Shown: piece by piece, positions 1 to 10,270 of the stretch
Layout: each line of letters begins with the position of its first letter
Position numbering within the stretch: the first letter of the stretch is position 1
Assembly: GCA_003707115.1 (NCBI GenBank)
Contig: PPNB01000009.1
Coordinates: 62,001-126,000, forward strand
Direction of reading: 5' to 3'
Length of the DNA stretch: 64,000 nucleotides
Source of the DNA: Tortispora ganteri
Lineage: Eukaryota
Position numbers and translations under genes: made by a program
Notes under the pieces: model-generated
Seen by the model: only the letters and a program-made list of their open reading frames with translations
What the model was told of the DNA's origin: nothing
Databases searched by the model: none

Positions 1-2
1 AA

Positions 3-1700
3 GATGCAGTTTCTTTCAATTACGGCTACTTCTTCAACCTCCTCCTACCTCCTATTATCCTTAATTCAGGCTTCCAACTTCACCAATCTAATTTCTTCAA
101 GAATATCAGCTCTATCCTTACTTTCGCCATAATCGGTACAGCCCTGTCCTGCTTAGTTTTAGGCATAGTTCTCTTTCTATGGTCTCAAACCGGCCTTGAT
201 GGTCTCAAACTCACTCTCGTAGAGTGCATATCCGTCGGCGCAACTCTCTCCGCAACAGATCCTGTAACAGTCCTTGCCATTTTCAATGCCTATAAGGTAG
301 ATCCTAAACTTTATACGCTCATATTTGGCGAATCAATCTTGAATGATGCAGTATCTATTGTCATGTTCGAAACTGCACAAAAATTTCACGGTCAAAAGGT
401 CTATGTCTCTTCGCTTTTCAAAGGTATCGGAATGTTTTGCGGCACCTTTATCATTTCAATGATCATAGGCGTAAGTACAGGTGTATTTGTCTCTTTGACG
501 CTCAAACATTCAAAAGTCAGACGAATGCCGCAGGTAGAGGCTTGTGTCGTTCTTTTGCTCGCTTACGCTTCTTACTTTTTCTCAACTGGCTGTCACATGT
601 CTGGTATTGTCTCGCTGCTTTTCTGCGGAATCACACTAAGACGTTATGCCTACTACAACATGTCAAGACGCACACAGCTAGCTACTAAATTTATTTTTGA
701 ACTTCTCGCTCAGCTCTCTGAGAATTTTATCTTTGTCTATCTGGGCTTATCTCTATTCACCGAAATAGACTTGGTATATAAACCTCTCTTCATTGTCATC
801 TCAGCTTTGGGGCTCTGTCTGGCTCGTTGGTGCGCAGTATTTCCGCTCTCTAAAGTCATCAATATAATCCATAAAACTCGAGTTAAACGGAGAAACAACA
901 GATCAGGTATTATCGGCATCAACAACGACAACATAGAGGATGAGATACCAGAACCGTACCAAATGATTCTTTTTTGGGGAGGTCTGCGCGGTGCTGTTGG
1001 AGTTGCACTGGCTGCAGGACTAGAAGGCGAACATGGCGCTGCATTGCGCGCTACAATTCTAGTCGACGTGGTTTTGACCGTCATCATCTTCGGAGGAACG
1101 ATTTCGTCTATGCTTGAAATAGTCGGTATTCAAACTGGAGTTGAAAATACTGACTCAATGGACGACGATGACGAGTTTGATGTTGAGAACAACAACACTT
1201 ACCAGCCAAAATTCAAGGCTCGCAGCAACGTGGCAGTGGCTCCGCCGACAGGATCGCTAAACGATGCTATAAATCTGAGGACCATGCCGAATGATTTTGG
1301 ACCCGAAGAAGGCACATCTACATCGAGACCGCACTCTACGAGCGGTTCAGTGCGTATTTCTAATCGAGGTTCGTTTTCTTCGTCACTTGGCGGCAACGAG
1401 CCACACGGACCATGGGACTCTGATATGGAATCAGATCTCGACCTTCCTCCAAGTTTACCTGCTGAACGGCGGTATACTAGTGCTCAAAACCAAGAAAGCC
1501 GCTCTAATTCGACCACTGGACTGGCGTCCCTAGGTGGAGGAGTTCGCGAATCGATCAGCAACATTCAAAATATATGGGGCCGCATACCGTCCGATCAGGG
1601 TAAGTGGCTACAGCACTTGGATGAGCAAGTGATCAAGCCTGTATTATTAGACTCTTCACCGGCAATTGATGAAGCAGATGACGATAAAGACAGCTCATGA
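3..1700 (+). CDS. NHX1: Endosomal Na+/H+ exchanger (NHX1/NHE6-9 family), 5'-truncated by the window edge
   Basis: Frame is open from base 3 (DAVSFNYGYFFNLLLPPIILNSG...), then SATDPVTVLAIF, IFGESILNDAVSIV and WGGLRGAVGVALA. The ORF-track start at 339 is an internal TTG. Confidence 0.95.
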   Translation, partial: DAVSFNYGYFFNLLLPPIILNSGFQLHQSNFFKNISSILTFAIIGTALSCLVLGIVLFLWSQTGLDGLKLTLVECISVGATLSATDPVTVLAIFNAYKVDPKLYTLIFGESILNDAVSIVMFETAQKFHGQKVYVSSLFKGIGMFCGTFIISMIIGVSTGVFVSLTLKHSKVRRMPQVEACVVLLLAYASYFFSTGCHMSGIVSLLFCGITLRRYAYYNMSRRTQLATKFIFELLAQLSENFIFVYLGLSLFTEIDLVYKPLFIVISALGLCLARWCAVFPLSKVINIIHKTRVKRRNNRSGIIGINNDNIEDEIPEPYQMILFWGGLRGAVGVALAAGLEGEHGAALRATILVDVVLTVIIFGGTISSMLEIVGIQTGVENTDSMDDDDEFDVENNNTYQPKFKARSNVAVAPPTGSLNDAINLRTMPNDFGPEEGTSTSRPHSTSGSVRISNRGSFSSSLGGNEPHGPWDSDMESDLDLPPSLPAERRYTSAQNQESRSNSTTGLASLGGGVRESISNIQNIWGRIPSDQGKWLQHLDEQVIKPVLLDSSPAIDEADDDKDSS

Positions 1701-1909
1701 CATACTGCATACGGTCATTTACGTATAGCGCGATTCAGACCGCAATTACAATATCAACTTTAGACGCATTTATTGTAGATTTATTTACGTATACGCAGGT
1801 GAACTAATAAAAGACAAATTAATTGATATTCATAGTGAAACTACTTAGTAACAAAATATTATATGGCAGACAAAATAAGGCACGGCGCACGCTAAAGGAG
1901 GCAAAACAA

Positions 1910-2356
1910 TCAAGCCTGACCAGCGACAACCTCAGAGTCTTCTACGGAGTTGCGCTTGTTTGATGGAACCAAAAGCTGTATTCTGCGATGTCGGTACAAG
2001 GGTGCTCCATCCGCGTTAGGGCGGATATCAGCTTCAGCGAGGACGAGCGAGCCTTTGGTGAACTTGCCCGAGGTCAAGAATGGGACTTTGCTAGGAGTAA
2101 AGTCGACAATGTTGAACCATTGGGTAAAAGTCTCACGCTCAACACCTTCTTCGGTAGGAGGAGGGCCCAAAGATGAGACAGCGACTGCGTAGCGAATGTA
2201 GGGTCTGCCGTTCTTAGAGGTCAGTTCCTCGATATCGCTGCCCAGACGGCCCACGACGCGTAACTCAGCAGTGTTGAGTTTAGTACTAGTGGAAGAGAAA
2301 GTGCGCGAGAATGCAGCAAAACGTAAAGGAAAACTAGATCGCAAAATGGATGACAT
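1910..2356 (-). CDS. RIM1: Mitochondrial single-stranded DNA-binding protein
   Basis: Arg/Ser-rich presequence (MSSILRSSFPLRFAAFSRTFSST) followed by SSB OB-fold motifs (VVGRLGSD, YIRYAVA, TQWFNI, KGSLVLAEA). Confidence 0.9.
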   Translation of the reverse strand: MSSILRSSFPLRFAAFSRTFSSTSTKLNTAELRVVGRLGSDIEELTSKNGRPYIRYAVAVSSLGPPPTEEGVERETFTQWFNIVDFTPSKVPFLTSGKFTKGSLVLAEADIRPNADGAPLYRHRRIQLLVPSNKRNSVEDSEVVAGQA

Positions 2357-2601
2357 TGTTTTAAGCTATTCAAACGTGTATCGGAATAAACAAGAAAGAG
2401 ACGCGTGTGATTAGATGACGAGCTAAAGGTGAATGAAGAGTTGGAGAGTTAATGAAGCAACGCGCGGTGTCGTCGTCATGGCAACGATGAACAGAAACTG
2501 CGTTCAAGTACAATATTGGATCTGGCCGAACAAGTTGCTAAAGTGAAGGACTGAGTAGAAGGACACGGAACATCTCGTATTCACTTATTTGACGAGGAGC
2601 T

Positions 2602-3417
2602 ATGCTGCGTAATTGGATGGTGCGAGAATGTGGGACTGTCTGTACTCGGCGGGGGTTCCATACGGGAACGGTGTTAGCAGCCGGTCACTCGAAATGGGCG
2701 AATATCAAACATAGGAAAGCCGCGCAAGACAAAGTGAAGAGTCAAGTTGCGAGTCGGTTTTCGAAGGGAATTATGGCGGCTGTAAAGCAGGGCGGTGCTG
2801 ATCCAGCAAAGAATTTGCAGCTGGAGACACTGATTCAACAAGCGAAGGAGAACGATGTCACCAAAGCCGTGATCGAGAATGCCATTGCTCGCGGTTCAGG
2901 GGCAAACGGACACGACGGACCACTCGAGAGCTATGTGTACGAAGCTATCGGTCCTGGTGGTGTTGCTTTAGTGGTGCAGGCGCTGACATCGAATCGGACG
3001 CGGGCGATCGCGCAGGTGAAAGCCACAATATCTAAGCACCACGGTGCGATGAGCCCCGTACTGTACATGTTTGACCGGAAGGGCCGCGTTCGGGTCGAGG
3101 AGGATGTTGACAGCATTTTGGATGACGCGATTGATGTCGGTGCCGAGGACGTGGTGGCGGCTAGCGATGATGCGAATGAGGATATGAGCGTATCGGATGT
3201 GTTCACAGAACCGCAAGATACCGCTCGAGTGGCCGAAGAACTAAAAACAAGGGGGTACTCGATTGTGGAATTTAATATCGAGTACATTGCACAGCCAGAT
3301 AATACTGTCAATGTGGACGAGGAGACCATGGAGACGATCGATAACCTTGCATCTGCGCTGGAGGACCTGAACGACGTCCATGTTGTATATACGAATGCGA
3401 AGCTACTAGAACAATAA
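2602..3417 (+). CDS. DPC29: YebC/PmpR-family mitochondrial translation factor (TACO1/Dpc29)
   Basis: Presequence followed by AGHSKWANIKHRK, YEAIGPGGVALVV, LTSNRTRA and DVHVVYTNA. Confidence 0.92.
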   Translation: MLRNWMVRECGTVCTRRGFHTGTVLAAGHSKWANIKHRKAAQDKVKSQVASRFSKGIMAAVKQGGADPAKNLQLETLIQQAKENDVTKAVIENAIARGSGANGHDGPLESYVYEAIGPGGVALVVQALTSNRTRAIAQVKATISKHHGAMSPVLYMFDRKGRVRVEEDVDSILDDAIDVGAEDVVAASDDANEDMSVSDVFTEPQDTARVAEELKTRGYSIVEFNIEYIAQPDNTVNVDEETMETIDNLASALEDLNDVHVVYTNAKLLEQ

Positions 3418-3507
3418 ACATATTATTTTGACTATGCGTTTCTAAGGATGTTGCGGTGAGTGTTTGTCATAATTGTCGAGAGAAAGGCGCTGTGGTCTCG
3501 GACCCAT

Positions 3508-3829
3508 CTATAGTTGGACGCTGGTCGGTCGCGTGTTGAGGAAGATCTGGTACCCGCAGAAAAGTATGAACAAGGCGTAAACAATGATGGCTGCAAACAT
3601 CGTGCCTGCAACGGCCTTACCGTCCTCGGGCGAATTGATAGATCCTACCATTGACTCAGACCCAGAAGCAAATAAGCTTGCCAGGACTGACAATATAACG
3701 ACGCCGAATATCGACACTACAGTGCAAAACCATGCCGCGAATGGCTATTTTCGTTAGTAAAATCGTCATCATACGAAGCGAATCATATCGCTAGCAGGAT
3801 AAAATACTTACACCGAACACTGGCTTCAT
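3508..3829 (-). CDS. V-ATPase V0 subunit f (YPR170W-B / RNASEK family), two exons: 3829-3812 and 3744-3508
   Basis: ATG at 3829. Intron 3811-3745 (67 nt) has GTAAGT, TACTAAC (3759-3753) and TAG. Spliced product MKPVFGPFAAWFCTVVSIFGVVILSVLASLF...SMVGSINSPEDG... (84 aa) closely resembles yeast YPR170W-B. Confidence 0.9.
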
Positions 3830-5930
3830 ATTTGCAAAAGACTGTAGGAGATAACAATAGCCAATGCAATGTCAAGGTAGATTGTGGTTGCTGCGTAGTG
3901 CGCCGCTTAGCGACTTCCCTAGCAACGCTATAACTTCAGTGTAATCTTACTAGAATAGAACCGTCACGTCAATTCCGACAGCCGCAGGATTGTGGCTTTT
4001 ATGTTTGCTTACCTGCCTATTAAGGGCAATGTGATAAACTATGAATTTGAGAATGATCTGCAGCAACGAGCGTGACAACTGGTGGTGAGTGACGAGCGAT
4101 CAAGATTCCCAGGCAAGACCAGGGGAAAAAACCTTAATGGAGAAGGTAGCATGCAGCTGATAGGTTCGATATCCGTTTACAGCCATACACGACGGCTTTT
4201 ATCAATTACCTGTGCATGTGAATTCTAAAACTTAGAGTGCGATCTTACTGGATACCGACCTTGTGAATACCGACAAGGCCTGCATTGAACGAATGACTAC
4301 TGAAAGGTCCCTGACCAAAAACTTTAAACTGTCTATACTGCTCCTACTATTGGATGTTCCAATAAAGTTTTCTCGACTCGAACATGAAACATTCACCAGC
4401 TATGTATTCAAAGAACTTAAACCTATCCCTTATTTCTTTGTACTTTGCGCTTTTCTACCGCGAGAAGTAGAAGAAAATTCAATTCGAAACTAAAGGTAAC
4501 GCACAGCTTACTGATGCTAGAATATGTGAGACCCGTAATTGCCTCCTGAAGAGTGCGCTAAGATACCAAAGTCTGACTTCGACAATGACAACTGACTCAA
4601 CAACGCTATAGGTGCTATACTGATCACCTTCTTTTCCTCTATACAAACTACATCCCTCAGAGACTAGTCTCACTTGAAAGTTTAATTAATCAAAGAACAA
4701 TTGCGGCTTGTCTTAGATTGCAAGATAATGCATACCTCACCCTACCGGTTCTCTGCTCACATTATAACTTTGTCAAAGGGACCCTTAAATTCGTTTCTTT
4801 GAGCCGCGGCCGGTGCACTCCGGGCTGTCTGAACGGGGCCAATACAAAGACCCTTGCTGCAAAGAGAAATTGTAATTGGGTAATTGAGGGTTTAGACTTG
4901 CTCAGTGCAGCATCTCGTTGCCTTGCCGGTATCTACCGCCTGGTGGTGACATATTGAGAAATCCTTGGCTTTTAGACCTCCTCGCTCTCCGAACCGGGAT
5001 GCTATTATCTCCCTGCATGCATATAGCCTATAAGGAATTGTCTAATATGGCAGTTTATCGAGTCCGATGCCTCTATCACCTTCCACATATGCCTATCTCT
5101 GGTCGCAGTGCGGAATGCCAACTTTGATTTGTCTTGTCGCCTCTTAACTTTTCGCCAAAATTAGAATTTTTTCTTCACTGGTTCCTTTGCTATTACTGTT
5201 TATAATGGTCAGCTAATTAAAAGGCAGCCATTGCGTAGCACGGGGTTAATGAAATTATAATCTAGCTTCGCTAGATTATACGTCTCAAAGAAGCTCTTCA
5301 GGTTTCTTTAACGATTTGCGCTACTGAGTACCACTTAGACCTTGCTCATATTTCTGATTCCTGATTGATCGCTCACGATCTTAGTTAGCATCTACTATCC
5401 GCATTCTTCCTTTTCTTGCATTCGAATATTTGTATTGATTACTCATAGTCGAATTACCCTAAATTGATCTTTTTGCCTATCGATCCCTTCCTTTCATTCC
5501 AAGCGGGCTAATCTGTGCCCACTTTAGCTGGACCCTGAATTTTTATCCGTTCGATTTTCCTTCTGATATATTATTGGTCCAATCTTTCATTCATATTCTC
5601 CTCTTCTTAAGGACTTCATTTTCGCATTTTCGCATCTCTTGCATTTCGTACTCCGCTCTTTCTTTTGCTGCTTAACGTTTTGGCTTTTTGCAACATTCAT
5701 TTTTTGCTTCGTGCGACTGCTTTGCAACATTAGTTGTGTCTCATTGTATTGACGCATTGCATTTGTTTTCGCACAGTCCTATAGATACTAATATTGCATT
5801 GGTCATCTCTTTCCTAAGAAAAGGAGAGCAGAACAACAGTAATTGAAGTCGACTTCTGCTAAGTCATCTCATAAGTTTGTTTAATCGCTATTTGGGCTTT
5901 TGTTACACTGCATTGCACCGCCTTTTAACG

Positions 5931-7241
5931 ATGTCCTCATATCCATCGTCTTTCGCTACAAAGCCTGTTAGTACTGGAATACAACAGGCTACTAGCGCCT
6001 TAGAACAACTTGAAGATCTTAAGTATTTTCTAGCTACTGCTCCTAATAATTGGCTTCCAGCACAAATTATTAGACGTTACTTACTCCCTTCTGAGGAATA
6101 CATATCATGTGTGAAATGGGACGGCATATACTATATCACCGGTACCGATATAATTCGTGCATTAGTCTTCAAATTTGCAGCTTTTGGAAGACCTGTAACG
6201 AATATTAAAAAGTTTGAAGAAGGCGTGTTTTCAGATTTGCGCAATCTGAAAACAGGCAAAGATGCTATTTTAGAAGAGCCGAAATCGCCTTTTCTTGAAC
6301 TACTTCACAAAAACGGCTGTTTGAGAACACAGAAGAAACAGAAAGTGTTCTTTTGGTACAATGTTGATCACAATAGACTGTTTCTAGACGCATTATCGAG
6401 AGACCTAAAGCGCGAGATTGCTAACCTGGAACCTACTTCTAAGGCAGTTTCAGAGCCGGCACTAAGTTTTCGCTACGATGTTTCCAAAGATCTTGATCGC
6501 CAAATAGAGGAATGTGTTTCCAGCATTAAGGAGTACTCAACTCTGCAACCAGATATATCAGAAAAGGGCTGTATTGCGACAATAAAGGGTACTCATTCGG
6601 GAATGGATTCTTGCACGTCTGTCGCGTCTTCTCCTGCGCTGAATCAAGTCAATAGCACGCCTCAGCATTACAGCGAAACGCCTCCTCATCACTTTGCCAG
6701 CACAGTGAGGCTTTATGACGGGACCCCTCAACGGTTTGAGGAGTACATACCCGACCACCACGTCTCAGATAACATGTCTGAGTCTAGTGAAGGATACTTC
6801 AAGATGTACTTGGAGAGGTTTTCTGCTGCAAATGCAGACACCAATGAGAAAGTTGGTATTACTTCTGAAAGTCACGGTCTGTATGCATATGACTTCGAGG
6901 ACTACATTCCGCATAATATACACAGTGAAGATTCTGACATATCTATGCTGTCTGACAGCCACAGCCATAGTCATTTGCAGGACCAGTATCTGAATCATCT
7001 AGTTCCCGCTAACGATCATAGCGAGCACGGTTCTGCGTTCATGGAGGTTTCTGAGCTGGTACCATTCATACATGACGGGTATGCTCATGAACCGAGCACG
7101 ATCCAGCTGACAGATGATGATGTAGACGAGTTTTCGAAGCTAGGTTCGCACGATGTGGATGGACCATTGAAATTCTTTGAATTTAATGATTCTTACGGTA
7201 CGCCGATGGAATTCTCAGGAATGCAAGGTAAGATTCAGTGA
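5931..7241 (+). CDS. STE12: Ste12/Cph1 transcription factor (STE domain, no C-terminal C2H2 fingers)
   Basis: LKYFLATAPNNW, IRRYLLP, YITGTDIIR, KKFEEGVFSDLRNLK, CLRTQKKQKVFFW. First ATG is at 5931. Confidence 0.93.
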   Translation: MSSYPSSFATKPVSTGIQQATSALEQLEDLKYFLATAPNNWLPAQIIRRYLLPSEEYISCVKWDGIYYITGTDIIRALVFKFAAFGRPVTNIKKFEEGVFSDLRNLKTGKDAILEEPKSPFLELLHKNGCLRTQKKQKVFFWYNVDHNRLFLDALSRDLKREIANLEPTSKAVSEPALSFRYDVSKDLDRQIEECVSSIKEYSTLQPDISEKGCIATIKGTHSGMDSCTSVASSPALNQVNSTPQHYSETPPHHFASTVRLYDGTPQRFEEYIPDHHVSDNMSESSEGYFKMYLERFSAANADTNEKVGITSESHGLYAYDFEDYIPHNIHSEDSDISMLSDSHSHSHLQDQYLNHLVPANDHSEHGSAFMEVSELVPFIHDGYAHEPSTIQLTDDDVDEFSKLGSHDVDGPLKFFEFNDSYGTPMEFSGMQGKIQ

Positions 7242-7457
7242 CGATGCGAACCAGCACAGACGACTTCAGATGATTGATCTCATTCAGCCAATTTACATCA
7301 ACAACCGTCAAAAATTTCAGCGACATTTTTTTTTAATATCGTACAACAATTATATTTGTAACGAATGCATTATTATTTTGCCATATAGTATATAACTGTT
7401 CTCTGCGTATTTTTGAAGTTACATTGTCTTAAAGTTCGACATCCGTCTTGACGCGAA

Positions 7458-9170
7458 ATGTTGCGGTTTCGTACCATTGTGCGTTGCCGCCAGCACAGTT
7501 CATTATCGATTACAGATCCGCTGATTTTGTATGAGAGCTATGTTGCCACTGGGAAGCTACAGCGGGACGAGGCGCAATACCGAGCCTCTCGTGAACTGCA
7601 GAAATTGTACTTTCGGTTAAAGGACTATGTGCCTCCAGTTGACTTCCAGGAGAAGATCCGTGAGCTGACGAAAGTATTAGAAGCACAGCGGAAAAATGAC
7701 GGTGATAGACAACCATGGTATGCGAAGGAACGTAAGTCGAGCGCGCTCGTTAGACAGCTCACTGATATTGAAGCCGTGTATAAGCTTCATAGCCCACAAG
7801 GGCTCATGATCCACGGCGAGGTCGGCAGCGGCAAGACTATGCTTATGGATCTGTTTGCACGGTCTTTACCACATCGATCAAAACGTCGTTGGCACTACAA
7901 TGCATTTATTTTGCATATATACGCGAAACTACACCAATACTCTGTCGAAAACATGATCGCGCCGGACTATTCAGCTCTCGACAACGAGTTCGTCGTTCTG
8001 AAAGTAGCAAAAGATATATTTAATGAATGTAACGTGTTACTATTGGACGAATTTATGCTACCAGATATAGCGGCTGCTAAAATCTTACAACCGCTACTGA
8101 TATTCTTCTTCAAACTCGGAGGCGTACTCGTGGCCACATCAAACAGGCTGCCAGATAACCTCTACGCCACTGATTTCCGTCGCGGTGAGTTCAGACAGTT
8201 CTATGAAATTTTAAAGAACCGCTGTGTCTCGTTTGACATGAGATCCAAAAACGATTGGCGCGAGATCCTCGCAGATTCTGCTTCTGCCGGCGAGCGCTAT
8301 TTTATCGCCGGAACCGACGATGCCCGTTGGAACAGCTATATAAACTCTTTAACTACTGCTGAAGTGCCTAAAGAAGACAAGTTCACAGTTTACGGACGAG
8401 AAGTACAGGTACCTTGGTCGATTAATGGCATAGCGAGGTTCAGTTTCGTGGATCTCTGTGAAAAGCCGCTTGCAGCCGCAGATTACATCACAATTGCTGA
8501 TAGGTACCACACGCTCATCCTTGAAGACGTTCCTACACTTGTACTTAAAAAGAAAGATGAAGCACGAAGGCTCATAACGCTGCTGGATGCCCTGTACGAG
8601 GCAAGAACAAGATTGCTCATAAAGTGCGAAGTCGGTCCGGATGATTTGTTCTTCCCTGACGCCAAACAAAAACTTGAAACAGATACAGAAGAAAATATAT
8701 TAGACCAGGAAATGTACTCAAAGGTGTACCAGGACTCTATCAGTCCTTACAGACCGAATGTCGCGTCGTACGACGAGATTTCTGAGCACAAAGATACGAA
8801 ACACGTCGATGGCGTTACTACTAACCCTAAATACGCTAGCAGTGCTTTTACGGGTGAAGATGAAAGGTTTGCCTATAAGAGAGCAGTCTCCCGTTTGAAA
8901 GAAATGACCGGATCAGATGCATGGTGGGAAATACGAACAGAAACCAGTTCTCCGGTCCGTGAACCAGTCGAGGATCAGTCAATTGAGTTCGGAAACACGC
9001 TTCCGAGTGCCGTGGCGAAAGAAAGAACGTCATACAATCCAAGAGAGTCGGCGCCGCAATTCGATCGGCAGCACATATGGTCATTGGGCTCGTGGGGGCC
9101 GGGAAACAGACTCAAAGACCAGATAGCCAAACTGTGGATCCGGGGTGTTGACAAGTATAACCAAAAATAA
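7458..9170 (+). CDS. AFG1/LACE1/ZapE-family mitochondrial ATPase
   Basis: Presequence, Walker A GEVGSGKT, Walker B LLLDEF, VATSNRLP, ARRLITLLDALYE, FAYKRAVSRLKEM. Resembles the longer AFG1-like paralog type. Confidence 0.88.
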   Translation: MLRFRTIVRCRQHSSLSITDPLILYESYVATGKLQRDEAQYRASRELQKLYFRLKDYVPPVDFQEKIRELTKVLEAQRKNDGDRQPWYAKERKSSALVRQLTDIEAVYKLHSPQGLMIHGEVGSGKTMLMDLFARSLPHRSKRRWHYNAFILHIYAKLHQYSVENMIAPDYSALDNEFVVLKVAKDIFNECNVLLLDEFMLPDIAAAKILQPLLIFFFKLGGVLVATSNRLPDNLYATDFRRGEFRQFYEILKNRCVSFDMRSKNDWREILADSASAGERYFIAGTDDARWNSYINSLTTAEVPKEDKFTVYGREVQVPWSINGIARFSFVDLCEKPLAAADYITIADRYHTLILEDVPTLVLKKKDEARRLITLLDALYEARTRLLIKCEVGPDDLFFPDAKQKLETDTEENILDQEMYSKVYQDSISPYRPNVASYDEISEHKDTKHVDGVTTNPKYASSAFTGEDERFAYKRAVSRLKEMTGSDAWWEIRTETSSPVREPVEDQSIEFGNTLPSAVAKERTSYNPRESAPQFDRQHIWSLGSWGPGNRLKDQIAKLWIRGVDKYNQK

Positions 9171-9213
9171 TGCGACACCACACAATATGCTGTATTCTAA
9201 AGAGCAATAAAAG

Positions 9214-10071
9214 CTACCTTTTAGAGATCTCCTCTTCTTGCTCTTGAGTAATGATTTCGCCCTCGAGATGATCGGCGACGTCCTGGGCTATTTTATTCAA
9301 GTAACTCTGTTCACTTCGCGGGCCGATTATCGAGACGGTATTTTTGTGGATCTTCCAGTGCGGATATGACCCTATTTTAATCTTGGACTCTTTGACCTGT
9401 TCCTGCAATTGGGTAAGGAAGTGCGCCATAGCGCTCTCTGCGACGGAGGTTAGGACAAGCATGCGCACCTGTTGGCCATCCGGATGGAGACGCGGGGTGA
9501 TCACCGAGGCGAGGCCCTGCAGGAGCTTTTCGAACAGCTGCGGGATACCAGGGAGGATGTGAATTTTAGAGGCGACAACGGCGACGGGTACCCATAAGGA
9601 AGGATCAACAAAGAGACAGTCTGCCTTGGACTTGTCATTGCTATATGGTAATAGAGCCATGCGCATCTGTGCGTCGTAACGCTGCTTGTCATTGTGATCG
9701 ATTTTGGAGAATTTCGCCATCTTATCTACGGTAGGTTGATGGAGTTTGATATCGAGATTGTACGCCTTTGCAATTGATGGGTATGTGATATCGTCATGAG
9801 TGGGGCCGATACCGCCGGATGTCACGACGAAGTCAGCCTTATCGGCGCACCGTCTGACGGCCTCAATAATTTCGGATTCAGAGTCGGGAACGGTCTCAAT
9901 GCGCACTAGATCGATCCCCAGACCAAAACAATATTTGGCGAAATAGTGAGAGTTCGTGTCGCGTATTTTGCCGTTAAGAACTTCGTCACCTATAATGACG
10001 CAGGCGGCAGTGTGTATAGTGTGGGAGGCGCTCATTTTGTACAGTGGCAAATTCTTCAGTCGTGCAAGCAT
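9214..10071 (-). CDS. FPY1: CinA/MoCF-biosynthesis-domain FAD pyrophosphatase (Fpy1/YMR178W-like)
   Basis: IIGDEVLNGKIRDTNS, TSGGIGPTHDDITY, ILPGIPQLF, KIGSYPH. ATGs at 10071 and 10035; the ORF-track start at 10206 is non-ATG. Confidence 0.85.
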   Translation of the reverse strand: MLARLKNLPLYKMSASHTIHTAACVIIGDEVLNGKIRDTNSHYFAKYCFGLGIDLVRIETVPDSESEIIEAVRRCADKADFVVTSGGIGPTHDDITYPSIAKAYNLDIKLHQPTVDKMAKFSKIDHNDKQRYDAQMRMALLPYSNDKSKADCLFVDPSLWVPVAVVASKIHILPGIPQLFEKLLQGLASVITPRLHPDGQQVRMLVLTSVAESAMAHFLTQLQEQVKESKIKIGSYPHWKIHKNTVSIIGPRSEQSYLNKIAQDVADHLEGEIITQEQEEEISKR

Positions 10072-10270
10072 GGAACAGCGATTGAAAAGGTTTAAGTCAA
10101 TTTTCAGACTGACACTGGCGCCGTTAACCGAGAAAAACAGCGATGTCGCAGCAAAGGTGAGGGGGAAGGGGAGCTGCACAGTGCTGGTCGTTGCTACACC
10201 TTCCACCCTGGTGGGGTACGTACAACTTTACCCCCCACTAGACTAACCCAAAGGAGTCAGCCAGTACGCT

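Noticed and set aside
4163..4174. B-box-like GGTTCGATATCC, and GGTTCGAGCC on the minus strand near 15407-15416, as possible tRNA genes
   Set aside because: No T-stem, acceptor stem or A box can be built around either site.
4263..5127. Short ORFs upstream of STE12
   Set aside because: Non-ATG starts, no recognisable motifs and no protein-like composition.
7230..7430. GTAAGA near the STE12 stop as a donor joining a C2H2 zinc-finger exon
   Set aside because: No TACTAAC branch point and no Cys/His finger coding sequence before the AFG1-like gene.
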